Positions 39,723-49,914 of a DNA stretch of 64,000 nucleotides are shown here, piece by piece. The stretch is from a virus, in the IMG/VR virus record IMGVR_UViG_3300032213_001850, positions 1 through 64,000 of that record, one strand, 5' to 3'. Numbering within the stretch: the first letter of the stretch is position 1; every line of letters begins with the position of its first letter. A program made the translations under genes and the position numbers. The notes below the pieces were generated by a model, which saw only the letters and a list, made by a program, of their open reading frames with translations, was not told the DNA's origin and searched no databases.

Positions 39723-40342
39723 AAGGGAATGAACAAATAGAGGTTTTTGGAGAAAAAATTGAAATTCAAAATACAAAAAAGAATGGTAACAATGTCATTA
39801 TGCATATTGGAGAAAAATATTTAATGACTAAACTTGCAGAAATTGTTACAAAAAACGGAGGTGACATATTAGAAATTGGATTTGGAATGCATTTATCTGC
39901 CGATGCTATACAATCAAATGCAAATGTGACATCACATACCATAATAGAAATTCATCCAGTACAATATGAAAGAGCATTAGAATGGGCAAAGTTACAAAAA
40001 ATAAAAACAACAGTTATATTAGGTGATTGGATTGAATTATTACCATTGACTAATATGAAGTTTGATGGAGTATTACATGATACACATTTAGACCCGAATA
40101 TACCTAAATTTTTAGATTATATAGTAGATAATTGTAAAAAAGGTACAATTGTAGGTTTTTTTGAATTTCAAAAATTTGACGCTCGTTTAAATGGATATAG
40201 GGTTAATATACCTGAGGCAGAGTATCAAACGATTCCATATAAAGAAAATTTATCTTTTAAAGACAATCAATTTGAACTAAAATACACCACATTTGATGGT
40301 GATGAATTTTATAGTGAAAAGAATATAAATAAACTATTATGA
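39719..40342 (+). CDS. Class I SAM methyltransferase, GAMT/Rmt2-like
   Basis: GGDILEIGFGM.LSA..IQ, SHTIIEIHP, GDW, FDGVLHDT. Confidence 0.75.
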   Translation: MKGNEQIEVFGEKIEIQNTKKNGNNVIMHIGEKYLMTKLAEIVTKNGGDILEIGFGMHLSADAIQSNANVTSHTIIEIHPVQYERALEWAKLQKIKTTVILGDWIELLPLTNMKFDGVLHDTHLDPNIPKFLDYIVDNCKKGTIVGFFEFQKFDARLNGYRVNIPEAEYQTIPYKENLSFKDNQFELKYTTFDGDEFYSEKNINKLL

Positions 40343-43300
40343 GTTTAAAAACAATTTACCACATTGCCGATGTTCACATCCGTAATGTAAAAAGACACAA
40401 AGAGTATAGACAGGTATTTGAAAAAATGTTTGAGGAAATCCGTAAAAGAGGAACCGAAGATGCAATCATTTATTTAGCAGGTGATATTGCCCACGCTAAA
40501 TTAGAAATGTCTCCTGAATTAGTCAACGAAATAAGTTGGTTATTCAAAGAGTGTGCTAAAACTTGTCCTACAATTCTTATTACTGGAAATCACGATTGTA
40601 ATATGAACAATATGGATAGAATGGATGTTCTTACTCCATTGGTTGATGCATTAGAATTAGAAAACTTTTATTATTTAAGAGACACACAAGTATTTTCTAT
40701 TGGTGGTATTGATTTTTCAGTATTTTCAATTTTAGATAACAAAGACAATTGGATTAGTGCTGACAAAATGTTTGGTAATAAAAAGATTGCTTTATTCCAC
40801 GGGCCTGTTGATAATTCACAAACTGATATAGGTTATGTGGTAAGTAGTAGACATTTTACAACGGATATATTTGATGGATTTGATTTAGCCTTATTAGGTG
40901 ATATTCATAAGCGTCAAGAAATGATAAGTCCGAAAGGTTGTAAGGTAGTTTACGCAGGTTCTCTATTACAACAAAACTTTGGTGAGACATTGGATAGACA
41001 TGGTTTTTTAGCTTGGGATTTAGATACAATGACCTATGAGGAAATTGACATTCAAAATGACTATGGTTATTATACTATGGATATTGACAATGGTAAGGTT
41101 CCAGTTGTAAACGATATGCCAAAACATCCTCGTTTGAGAGTAAGATTGTCAAACACCGATACTGCGGACACTAAAAAGGTAATTGCAGAAATCAAAATGA
41201 AATATGGTGTTGATGACTTTACAATTATTAGAACGGACTCTCTATCAAAAAAGAAAACAGGAGATAGAAGTAATAAATTAGACTTTGAAAACATTGCAGA
41301 TATAAACTATCAAAACTCTTTAATAAATGAGTATGTGGAAAGAATGATGCCGTTTGTTGATGCAAAAGACTTAGGTGAATTGGAAAAGATAAATAGAGAT
41401 GTTAATAGTAGAATTACACATGAGGAAACTTTAAGAAACATTTATTGGAAACCGATTAGATTTGAGTTTTCTAATATGTTTAGTTATGGTGAGGACAATA
41501 AGATTGATTTTAGTAAGTTAAACGGATTGATGGGATTGTTTGCACCAAATGCACAAGGTAAATCATCTATATTTGATGCAATTTCATTCTGTCTTTATGA
41601 TAAGAGTAGTAGAGCATTCAAAGCACAAAATATCTTAAACAATAGAAAGCAAGATTTTAGTTGTCATTTACATTTTCAAATTGAAGGTATAGATTATCAT
41701 ATTGAAAGAACTGCAAAAACTATAAACAAAGGAAAAAATGTAAAAGTTGATGTTCAGTTTTATAGACAAGATGGTGATGACAAAACTTCTTTGAACGGAA
41801 CCGAAAGGAGAGACACAAATACAGTAATTGAACAATATGTTGGTAAGTATGAAGATTTCGTATTGACTGCATTATCGTTACAAGGTAATAACTCCATATT
41901 CATTGACAAATCACAAAGTGAGAGAAAAGACTTACTTGCTCAATTTATGGGATTGAATGTTTTTGACAAATTATACGATACGGCAATTGAAGATATCAAA
42001 GAAGTTTCGGTATTGATTAAAAACTTTAAGAAAAACGACTTTACTACCGAACTTGCGGATAAAGCAAATGACTTAAAAGAAAAGAAAGGTGAGTTAAAAG
42101 AATTAGATAAAGAATTAGCTAGATTGAATGGTGATAAGGATGGATTAGATAGTGTTATATTAGAATTAAGTAGAAACCTTACTCCAATTGATGGTAATTC
42201 AAATATTGATGATTTAAATACTCGTAAAGAAAAATTAAAAAGTGACATTGAAATAAATGAAATTTATATAGAAAACAAAGTTGGTAATATTAACGCCATA
42301 ACTGAAAAGATGGTTGAGTTATTACAAAGTGTAAACGAAAAGAAACAATCAAATGGTATTGATATAGAAATTGTCTATTCAAACTATCAACGAGAACAAA
42401 AATCTTTAATTGAAGCAGAGAAAGTATATTCAAATGCAAAGTTATATTTAAGTTTAGCTGAAGAAAAAATAAAACATTTGGATAAACATGAGTATGACCC
42501 AAATTGTAAATATTGTTGTGATAATACATTTGTTAAAGATGCGATGGTTGCAAAAAATGCATTACCTGAATTGGAAGCAATAGTTAAACAAGCAATGATT
42601 GATTGTGTTGGTATTCAACAAACTCTGGATACTATGGAGGACATTGAAGAACAATATAATGAATGGAATGACTTTAAAAATAAATTGGAACAATCTAAAT
42701 CTATTCATAAAACTTATGTATTAGAATTTGATGGTTTGAATACTAAAAAAGAATTATTAGAAACCCAATTAGACAATGTAGAGGATGATATTGAAAAGTA
42801 TTATGAGAATGAGGACACTATTCAAAGCAATAAAGAGTTAGAAAAACAAATCAAAGACTTAGAAATTGCAAAGAAAGGATTTGAGTCGGACATTAAAGAT
42901 ATTACTAAACAAATAGCAACTACAAATGGTTCTATATCATCATTACAGACTTATATAGACAACATCAAACAAAAGATGAATGAGGTTAAGGACTTAGAGG
43001 AAAAGAACCGATTATACACCTATTATTTAGATGCCGTAAAGAGAGATGGTATTCCATATGAATTGATTTCAAAAGCTTTACCTGTTATTGAGAATGAGGT
43101 AAACAATATCCTTGCACAAGTTGTAGACTTTGGTGTTACAATGGAAATGGATGGTAAATCAATAAATGCAAAAATAGTTTACGAAGACCAGGAATGGCCA
43201 TTGGAGATGTGTAGTGGAATGGAGAAGTTCGTTAGTGGACTTGCTATTAGAGTTGCACTTATTAATGTATGTAACTTACCTCGTCCGAATTTCTTAGTAG

Positions 43301-43482
43301 TAGACGAAGGATTTGGAACATTGGATGCAGATAATTTATCATCTTTATTTATGATGATGCAATATCTTAAAACTCAATTTGATTTCATTTGGGTTATTTC
43401 TCACTTAGAACAAATGAGAGATATCGTAGATGGATTGATAGAAATAAAAAAAGAGAATGGATTTAGTAAGATTGATTTCTAA
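40339..43482 (+). CDS. Fused Mre11/SbcD nuclease and Rad50/SbcC ATPase (gp47-gp46 fusion)
   Basis: ADVH, GDIAH, GNHD, LGDIH, YAGS; Walker A APNAQGKSS, Q-loop, zinc hook CKYC, signature CSGME, Walker B VVDEGFG, ISH. Confidence 0.92.
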   Translation: MSLKTIYHIADVHIRNVKRHKEYRQVFEKMFEEIRKRGTEDAIIYLAGDIAHAKLEMSPELVNEISWLFKECAKTCPTILITGNHDCNMNNMDRMDVLTPLVDALELENFYYLRDTQVFSIGGIDFSVFSILDNKDNWISADKMFGNKKIALFHGPVDNSQTDIGYVVSSRHFTTDIFDGFDLALLGDIHKRQEMISPKGCKVVYAGSLLQQNFGETLDRHGFLAWDLDTMTYEEIDIQNDYGYYTMDIDNGKVPVVNDMPKHPRLRVRLSNTDTADTKKVIAEIKMKYGVDDFTIIRTDSLSKKKTGDRSNKLDFENIADINYQNSLINEYVERMMPFVDAKDLGELEKINRDVNSRITHEETLRNIYWKPIRFEFSNMFSYGEDNKIDFSKLNGLMGLFAPNAQGKSSIFDAISFCLYDKSSRAFKAQNILNNRKQDFSCHLHFQIEGIDYHIERTAKTINKGKNVKVDVQFYRQDGDDKTSLNGTERRDTNTVIEQYVGKYEDFVLTALSLQGNNSIFIDKSQSERKDLLAQFMGLNVFDKLYDTAIEDIKEVSVLIKNFKKNDFTTELADKANDLKEKKGELKELDKELARLNGDKDGLDSVILELSRNLTPIDGNSNIDDLNTRKEKLKSDIEINEIYIENKVGNINAITEKMVELLQSVNEKKQSNGIDIEIVYSNYQREQKSLIEAEKVYSNAKLYLSLAEEKIKHLDKHEYDPNCKYCCDNTFVKDAMVAKNALPELEAIVKQAMIDCVGIQQTLDTMEDIEEQYNEWNDFKNKLEQSKSIHKTYVLEFDGLNTKKELLETQLDNVEDDIEKYYENEDTIQSNKELEKQIKDLEIAKKGFESDIKDITKQIATTNGSISSLQTYIDNIKQKMNEVKDLEEKNRLYTYYLDAVKRDGIPYELISKALPVIENEVNNILAQVVDFGVTMEMDGKSINAKIVYEDQEWPLEMCSGMEKFVSGLAIRVALINVCNLPRPNFLVVDEGFGTLDADNLSSLFMMMQYLKTQFDFIWVISHLEQMRDIVDGLIEIKKENGFSKIDF

Positions 43483-43648
43483 GAACTACCTTATCAGCCT
43501 TCAACACACTAGATTGTGGTTTTGAGACACCGATGTGTTTCTTAATTAGATTTTCAACTAGGCTACCCATTTTAAACCCGTGTTCTTCACAATACCCTTT
43601 GAGAAGTTCATGGGTTTCTTTTTTGATTTGTAACATTGCGTATTTCAT
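43463..43648 (-). CDS. Small DNA-binding protein (ribbon-helix-helix-like)
   Basis: YAMLQIKKETHELLKGYCEEHGFKMGSLVENLIKKHI fits strand-helix-helix; preceded on the - strand by ATATTTAT (43710-43717). Confidence 0.65.
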   Translation of the reverse strand: MKYAMLQIKKETHELLKGYCEEHGFKMGSLVENLIKKHIGVSKPQSSVLKADKVVLRNQSY

Positions 43649-43655
43649 AACTTAT

Positions 43656-43705
43656 TTAGTTTTCTTTAGTTTTCTATAATACATTAAAGTATTTATTAGT
43701 TTTCT
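43656..43705. repeat. Three direct copies of TTAGTTTTCT, putative operator
   Basis: Copies at 43656, 43666 and 43696, upstream of the RHH-like gene. Confidence 0.7.
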
Positions 43706-43738
43706 TTATATAAATATGTGATAATAATTTTTTTGAAG

Positions 43739-43746
43739 ATATTTAT
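43739..43746 (+). promoter_or_regulatory. ATATTTAT putative late promoter
   Basis: Divergent partner of the - strand copy at 43710-43717. Confidence 0.55.
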
Positions 43747-43759
43747 TTAAAAAGATTAA

Positions 43760-46700
43760 ATGGCTGTTATAAAGAAAACCTTATTTGCAAAAAATTTAGA
43801 TAAATATGCGGTATTAGTAAATGATACTCAACCGGATAGTAAATATTTTAAAATAAGTGAACTATCCGACACATTCACAGGTGGTAAAAATGCATTTTTA
43901 ATTGCAGGTTCGGAATACTTAGTTCCTGATACAAAAATACAAATTGAATTAAAGGATTCGGCTGGTAATGTTATTTATCACGAACCAGGTGAAGGTATGA
44001 TATCATCATCAATTAATGGTGAATCATTTGTTGCAGAATATTATGAAGGTGTTTCTAAGGTAGTTGCAGTTTATGTATACCCGGATACTGCATATGGCCC
44101 TTGTACTCTTACAATATTAGGTGAATTAAACCAATATGTAGATGGAAATGGTTTTACTAAACCCGTATCTTTAGATTGGGAAAATAAGTATAATGTAAAA
44201 TGGCAAAAACAAATTAATGTAAATCCATCATTAGCAAACACAACTAAAATTAGATTTTATAAAAGGCCAATTGTAAGTATTACCGAATTGTTGGAACCAG
44301 TTTATAGAATAGAAAGTGGTTCTAAGGTAAGTTCGGGGATAAATCAATCTTTTGCAAACATAAAAATATCCAATTTAGAAACTTTTGCAGGTGATGTAAA
44401 AAGAGTAAAAGTATTTAGAACATCATTTGGTGATATATCCGATTTTAGTTTGATACAAGATATATTGGTTGAATCAAAAGAACTATTAACCACATTTGAA
44501 TTATCAGGAAGTGTTGTAGGAAATACCGGAATATTTACATCGGAAACTCTTAAAAATTACTGGAATACGAGTTCATTAAATGTAGAATTATCAAATAATA
44601 GAGTTGAGAGTGGTATAAAAATGATTGGTAGTGGAAAATTAACATATACCTCATCTTTAGATATAAGAAGTGCAAATACATATGAATTAAATTTAGATGC
44701 ATTTTATTCTGCATCCACATCTAGCAATTTAGGAATATATTTAAATTATGTGTCTCAATCTACAACATTTACAAGTAGTATTGGAACATTGGTAGGAACA
44801 CAGCCAACTAAAAATTTATTAGACACCACTATACCATTTAAAATAGATAAAGATTATCCATCTGCTAGTTTATATTTTTCACAATCTCAAGGTGAATGGC
44901 ATTTAGGAAATATAAGTTTAAAATTATCACAAGATACTGCTTTTTCTCCTGATGAGGTTTCTTTTATTACAACAATGCCTACTGTGATTGGTAATGAAGA
45001 TTTTAATTTTAAGTTTGAATTTTATGATGTTAATAATAACTATGTACCTGTATTTGTTACACAAAGTGCAAATTTTACAGGTGGTTCAAATACAATTACA
45101 AAATTATTAACATTTGAGTCCGATAGAACTGCATTTAGATTTTCAACTGGGTCTTTTGCAAATCCACCAAATCAATCGGTAAGATTTAAAACTATAAAAA
45201 CTAATTTCACAGGTTCTATAACATATGCATCATCTGCATTTGATGTTGGTGGTAATTACATTCAACCATCAACTTACGCTGGAACATATCCAGGTGCATT
45301 TGTATCTCAAAATGATAATGGTGCACTTTTAAATATAGCCAGTTTTAGTGGAAGTGTTGCAAGTGTATTAGTTGGTTCAATTGTTTATACCGCATCATGT
45401 GAAGGTTTTACTGAATTTGAAACCATTTATAGATTTGAAGATGGTGATAATGCACCCGGTGTATTCGTAACTGCAAATACAAATCAATTTATTTATAAGG
45501 CAACCGACTTATCTCTTAACCCAACGGGTCAAGTTATTACAATAGAAGCAAAACGTAAAAACTTAGCATCAGCTTCAACTCCATTGACTATAAATTCTGG
45601 AAGTGGGAAACCACCTCTAACATATGTTTCTACAAATACTACAAATGGTGTAGATACTTATACAATATCCGGAACTTCATATCCATATTCAACCAATGAA
45701 ACAATTTATTCCATTTCCGGTTCTGACCAATTTGGTAACGTTTTTTCTGATGCAATTAAAATAAGTCCTGTAAAAATATTAGACGGTTTTTCGGTTGCAA
45801 CCAGTAATGAGAATACATCGTTCCCTGCTAATTCAGCGGGTTCGGTGATTGGTGGGTTTGCTGCAAGTAGTGGTTCTATAACTGTTAAAGTTGGTAACGA
45901 AGTTATAAGTTATGCATCACCTATTGCTAATAACAAATTTAGTGCAAGTATTTCTGCAACTTCTGGATTAACTGCTAATACATTTAATGGAACAAATTAT
46001 TCAATAAATGCTTTAAGCCAAGATAGTGGTTCCTTAACGTTATTAGTAAAATATCAAGATGGTGGTGGTACTATAATAAGTTCTTCAAAAGAAGTAACAT
46101 ATTCAAAGGTTAAAAAGGCTGCACCGGTATTATCTTTTGTAATTGGTAATAATAATCAAACTGTAACTGCAAAATCAACGGGTGCACAAATTGACGCATT
46201 TGTAACTGCAAGTTTATCTGTAATTGAAACATATGATGGTATTAGTTCTACTAAAACATTAACTGCGTCACCTACCACTACTGCTACCAATTCATATACA
46301 ATTGGTAATAAAACAACTACAACAATTGCATTACCAAATATGGCAAACGGAACCGATTCGGTTGATATTACAATAACAGGTTCGGTAGTTGATTCGGAAA
46401 ATACAACAAGATTGGTTTATGGTAATATTTCATTAGCAAAAAGTAAAAAGGCCGTTCCAAATATAGTAATAACTGCTACACCACAGGCACAATCGGTGTT
46501 GGCAAATTCATCAGGTGTCCAAACTGGAACATTATCAAATGTTACAATTGAAGCACTGGAAGGTAGTACGAGTCGATTTACATCAATGACTGGGACATAT
46601 AGTGGATTTTCTACTAATCCAACAATTAGTGATAATATTTTAACTATGACATCTGCCGTTATGAACGCTGCAGAAGCGTCGGTAACATTGACGGTAACTC

Positions 46701-48934
46701 ATACTGATAGTGAAGGAACCACCGGTCAAACTAAAACAATAGTAGTAAGGACAACAAAGGTAAACGTTGGAACAAATGGAACTAATGGTGACCCCGGTGC
46801 ACCTGGTAGTACCGGTGTAACTGGACCCGGTGTAGTTCATACCGGAGTTTGGACAAGTGGTAGAACATATCAATTTTCAAATGGGTTAACGGATGGTACA
46901 GGTAGGAGAGATACGGTTTTATGGAGTTCAACTGGAAATGCACCTTATAATACATACTATGCGTCCACCAGACAACATCTTTCAGCAACAGGTAACGTAA
47001 TAAATGGTGCACCACACCAATCATCACAAACGGCTTGGACTTCTTTAGGTGCACAAGATTTTTTTGTAGCTGCTAAAGTAGGTATATTTGAAGACTCTTT
47101 TGTTCAAAACACGTTAAACATTGGTACGAATTCGAATGGAGCGTTGTCATCCGCAAATATTACTTTGGCGGGTGGTAGTGCGTATCCGTATATATCCATC
47201 GGTCAAAGTTCAACTGCAGGTGAACAAGGATACAATGTAAATGGTATTTTTATTGGAGTGGTCAATGTTAGTGATTCACCTGTGTATAGATTATCTTTAA
47301 AATCTGCCAGTAATTCTTTATTATGGAATGGTACATCTTTGACTATAAATGGTGGAGGAACATTTAGTGGTGACATATCAGCAGCTACTGGTACATTTAC
47401 AGGAGGAGTTTCAGGAACAGGATATAGCTTAAATAATTCGGGATTAAGTTTAACAAATGCCGGTTCATCTATATCATTGGGTAATGGTGTTACATTAAAT
47501 AGTAGTGGGTTAAGTGGAACGGGATTTAGTTTAACCACAACGGGTGTGGTTGCAAATACTGGTACAATTGCTGGATGGGGAATCACCGGTGCCGAATTAT
47601 TCAAATCCAATGGTGTACATACCATTAGCTTAAATTCGACAGATGCTGCATATTATATTACAAGAAATAGTACCAATCAAACAAAAGTAAAAATATCACC
47701 GGCCACCTACTATAACAAAATAACTGTTTCTTCTTCTGACTTTGTTAATTTTACATATGCATATACCACAAGATTGACAGGTACCGGTAATAGTTCTCAA
47801 GAAGAAACTAGAACATTACCCGCAACAAGTGGAAGACACGATGCTGCCGGTGGGCCAGGAACTGATGGGCCCACATTTGGTGTTATACAATTAATATATC
47901 CCACCGAAGAAATTTGGGTTGATTCTGATGGTGTAAATGGTTTAGATTTTTTAGGATTTATAGCAACTATTGCTGCTAGTGGTGGAACGATTAATAATGA
48001 TGATGGGGTGGATGCAAAGTATAGATTAACATTGGTTGCGGAAAAATTTGCAAATTATACCGATGCTGCCAATAGAACCAATATAATTCAAACATATAGG
48101 TCAACTATTGTTGAAAATACTTTAAAAAAACCTGCAGGTGAAACTTTTACTTATGCCGATTATTCATTTGGTCTTTCTGGTGGTGGTTTTCAAGTAGATA
48201 GTAATTTAAACTGGTTTTATGTTTATTTAGAACAATACGTTAGTTGTACAACTACCAATGGTGTACCAGAAGAAGACTCTGCATTGATTGAGGTGCGCGA
48301 TTTTGGTGGAACTGTAAAAGTACAGTTTGGTAGAGTAGATAATGGATTTTCACAATTGGCACCTGCAGGTTTGCAAGTGTATACGGGTGTTAGAACTTAT
48401 ATGAATGCATCGGTGTCGGGTGTAAGTGGAGACAACTTTTTTGAAGTTAAAGGTAAATCTGCATTTTTATCAGGATTAGCTGTTAATGGTACATTTTCTG
48501 CGACTACTAAACAATTCCAAATTACACACCCATTAAATGAAAATAAATGGTTATATCATACTGCAATTGAGGGCCCTCAAGCAGACTTGATTTATAGAGG
48601 TAAATTAAATTTAATAAATGGTGAAGGTAGTTGTAATATAGATGTTTCTTCAAGATTAACAAATGGAACATTTAATTCATTAACAAGAAATCCACAATTA
48701 TTTTTGCAAAACAATGATTCATTTGATAGAATAAAAGGTAAAATTGAAAATGGAAATGTATATGTTGTTAGTGAAAACGAAAACTCTTCTGCATCGGTTG
48801 ATTGGACAGTTATTGCTGAAAGATGTGATACGGAAATATTGATGGGTGGTACATATGGTGGTGATGGTAAATATAAAACCGAAAAGTGGAAAAGGGAATT
48901 TCGTGATACTTTAATGATAACGGGTTCTGTATGA
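43760..48934 (+). CDS. Large tail fibre / receptor-binding virion protein
   Basis: 1724 aa, S/T/G-rich beta repeats, short collagen-like GTNGTNGDPGAPGSTGVTGPG, C-terminal KQFQITHP...LYHTAIEGPQ..IYRG domain typical of phage fibre ends. Confidence 0.7.
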   Translation: MAVIKKTLFAKNLDKYAVLVNDTQPDSKYFKISELSDTFTGGKNAFLIAGSEYLVPDTKIQIELKDSAGNVIYHEPGEGMISSSINGESFVAEYYEGVSKVVAVYVYPDTAYGPCTLTILGELNQYVDGNGFTKPVSLDWENKYNVKWQKQINVNPSLANTTKIRFYKRPIVSITELLEPVYRIESGSKVSSGINQSFANIKISNLETFAGDVKRVKVFRTSFGDISDFSLIQDILVESKELLTTFELSGSVVGNTGIFTSETLKNYWNTSSLNVELSNNRVESGIKMIGSGKLTYTSSLDIRSANTYELNLDAFYSASTSSNLGIYLNYVSQSTTFTSSIGTLVGTQPTKNLLDTTIPFKIDKDYPSASLYFSQSQGEWHLGNISLKLSQDTAFSPDEVSFITTMPTVIGNEDFNFKFEFYDVNNNYVPVFVTQSANFTGGSNTITKLLTFESDRTAFRFSTGSFANPPNQSVRFKTIKTNFTGSITYASSAFDVGGNYIQPSTYAGTYPGAFVSQNDNGALLNIASFSGSVASVLVGSIVYTASCEGFTEFETIYRFEDGDNAPGVFVTANTNQFIYKATDLSLNPTGQVITIEAKRKNLASASTPLTINSGSGKPPLTYVSTNTTNGVDTYTISGTSYPYSTNETIYSISGSDQFGNVFSDAIKISPVKILDGFSVATSNENTSFPANSAGSVIGGFAASSGSITVKVGNEVISYASPIANNKFSASISATSGLTANTFNGTNYSINALSQDSGSLTLLVKYQDGGGTIISSSKEVTYSKVKKAAPVLSFVIGNNNQTVTAKSTGAQIDAFVTASLSVIETYDGISSTKTLTASPTTTATNSYTIGNKTTTTIALPNMANGTDSVDITITGSVVDSENTTRLVYGNISLAKSKKAVPNIVITATPQAQSVLANSSGVQTGTLSNVTIEALEGSTSRFTSMTGTYSGFSTNPTISDNILTMTSAVMNAAEASVTLTVTHTDSEGTTGQTKTIVVRTTKVNVGTNGTNGDPGAPGSTGVTGPGVVHTGVWTSGRTYQFSNGLTDGTGRRDTVLWSSTGNAPYNTYYASTRQHLSATGNVINGAPHQSSQTAWTSLGAQDFFVAAKVGIFEDSFVQNTLNIGTNSNGALSSANITLAGGSAYPYISIGQSSTAGEQGYNVNGIFIGVVNVSDSPVYRLSLKSASNSLLWNGTSLTINGGGTFSGDISAATGTFTGGVSGTGYSLNNSGLSLTNAGSSISLGNGVTLNSSGLSGTGFSLTTTGVVANTGTIAGWGITGAELFKSNGVHTISLNSTDAAYYITRNSTNQTKVKISPATYYNKITVSSSDFVNFTYAYTTRLTGTGNSSQEETRTLPATSGRHDAAGGPGTDGPTFGVIQLIYPTEEIWVDSDGVNGLDFLGFIATIAASGGTINNDDGVDAKYRLTLVAEKFANYTDAANRTNIIQTYRSTIVENTLKKPAGETFTYADYSFGLSGGGFQVDSNLNWFYVYLEQYVSCTTTNGVPEEDSALIEVRDFGGTVKVQFGRVDNGFSQLAPAGLQVYTGVRTYMNASVSGVSGDNFFEVKGKSAFLSGLAVNGTFSATTKQFQITHPLNENKWLYHTAIEGPQADLIYRGKLNLINGEGSCNIDVSSRLTNGTFNSLTRNPQLFLQNNDSFDRIKGKIENGNVYVVSENENSSASVDWTVIAERCDTEILMGGTYGGDGKYKTEKWKREFRDTLMITGSV

Positions 48935-49914
48935 TAGTTTTTATTACAACAGGTTACGGAAAAAATGTTATTGGGGGGGCCGATTTATGGTGCAATAACT
49001 TTATTGAAAATGTTTTACCATTAGTCAAAGAAGATTACAAAATTATAATTGATGGTAGACCTTTGATTAGAGAAATTGATGCAATATACACTTTTGGAAA
49101 CGAAAAAGAAGTTGATAAAATATTAGACGAATGTGATAAGATTATTTTCTTACACCATTCTTACAAACAAAATCCTATCATTAAAAACTATTTACACAAA
49201 ACTTATCTTACATTTGTCCATGCTTTTATTCCTGACATGTTGGGTTTAAATTCTGATTATGAAAATATAATGACAAAAGTTGATTGGGAATGGCAAAAAG
49301 AAATATTAGATAATTCCGACAATATAGTTTGGATAGGTTATGAAAAAGATTCGATACATAAACAATATCCTAAAACAAAAACTATCACAAATTATTATGA
49401 GTGGAAACATAATAAACCATTTACAGGAATAATAACTAATAAAATTGGATATGCTGCAAGATGTGAGACCAGAAAGAATGCACACTATTTAGATTATATT
49501 CCATCGATTATCTTTTCAAACAAATACGATTACAAAAGAATGTTGGAGGGGTCAAAAACCAATTCCGACTATCATAGGTTTATGGAATTTGATTATACAT
49601 TTCATAATAAATTTTTTGAAGGTAATTTTCAAATATTTCATGGATGTTATACAAAAGAACCATTTGGATATGCAATTTTCGATGCAGTTGATAATGGTAA
49701 AGTTCCAATCATACATACCGATTGGATGACACATATTGATTACAAATATAGAGCAAGTAGTAAAGGAGAATTTCATCAAAGATATTTAGAAATACAAGAA
49801 GATAGTTTTGAAAAAATAAATTTAGAATTTTGTAAATTAAGAGACGGATTAACAAAATATACAAATAAACAAAATTGGATTAAAAAAATATGCAGTTACT
49901 TAATCAAAAATTAA
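48931..49914 (+). CDS. GT-B-fold glycosyltransferase-like protein
   Basis: GGADLW N-terminal motif, EPFGYAIFDAVDNGKVPI. Confidence 0.65.
   Translation: MIVFITTGYGKNVIGGADLWCNNFIENVLPLVKEDYKIIIDGRPLIREIDAIYTFGNEKEVDKILDECDKIIFLHHSYKQNPIIKNYLHKTYLTFVHAFIPDMLGLNSDYENIMTKVDWEWQKEILDNSDNIVWIGYEKDSIHKQYPKTKTITNYYEWKHNKPFTGIITNKIGYAARCETRKNAHYLDYIPSIIFSNKYDYKRMLEGSKTNSDYHRFMEFDYTFHNKFFEGNFQIFHGCYTKEPFGYAIFDAVDNGKVPIIHTDWMTHIDYKYRASSKGEFHQRYLEIQEDSFEKINLEFCKLRDGLTKYTNKQNWIKKICSYLIKN

Noticed and set aside
43760-48934. Diversity-generating retroelement target in the fibre gene
   Set aside because: No reverse transcriptase and no template/variable repeat pair seen in the window
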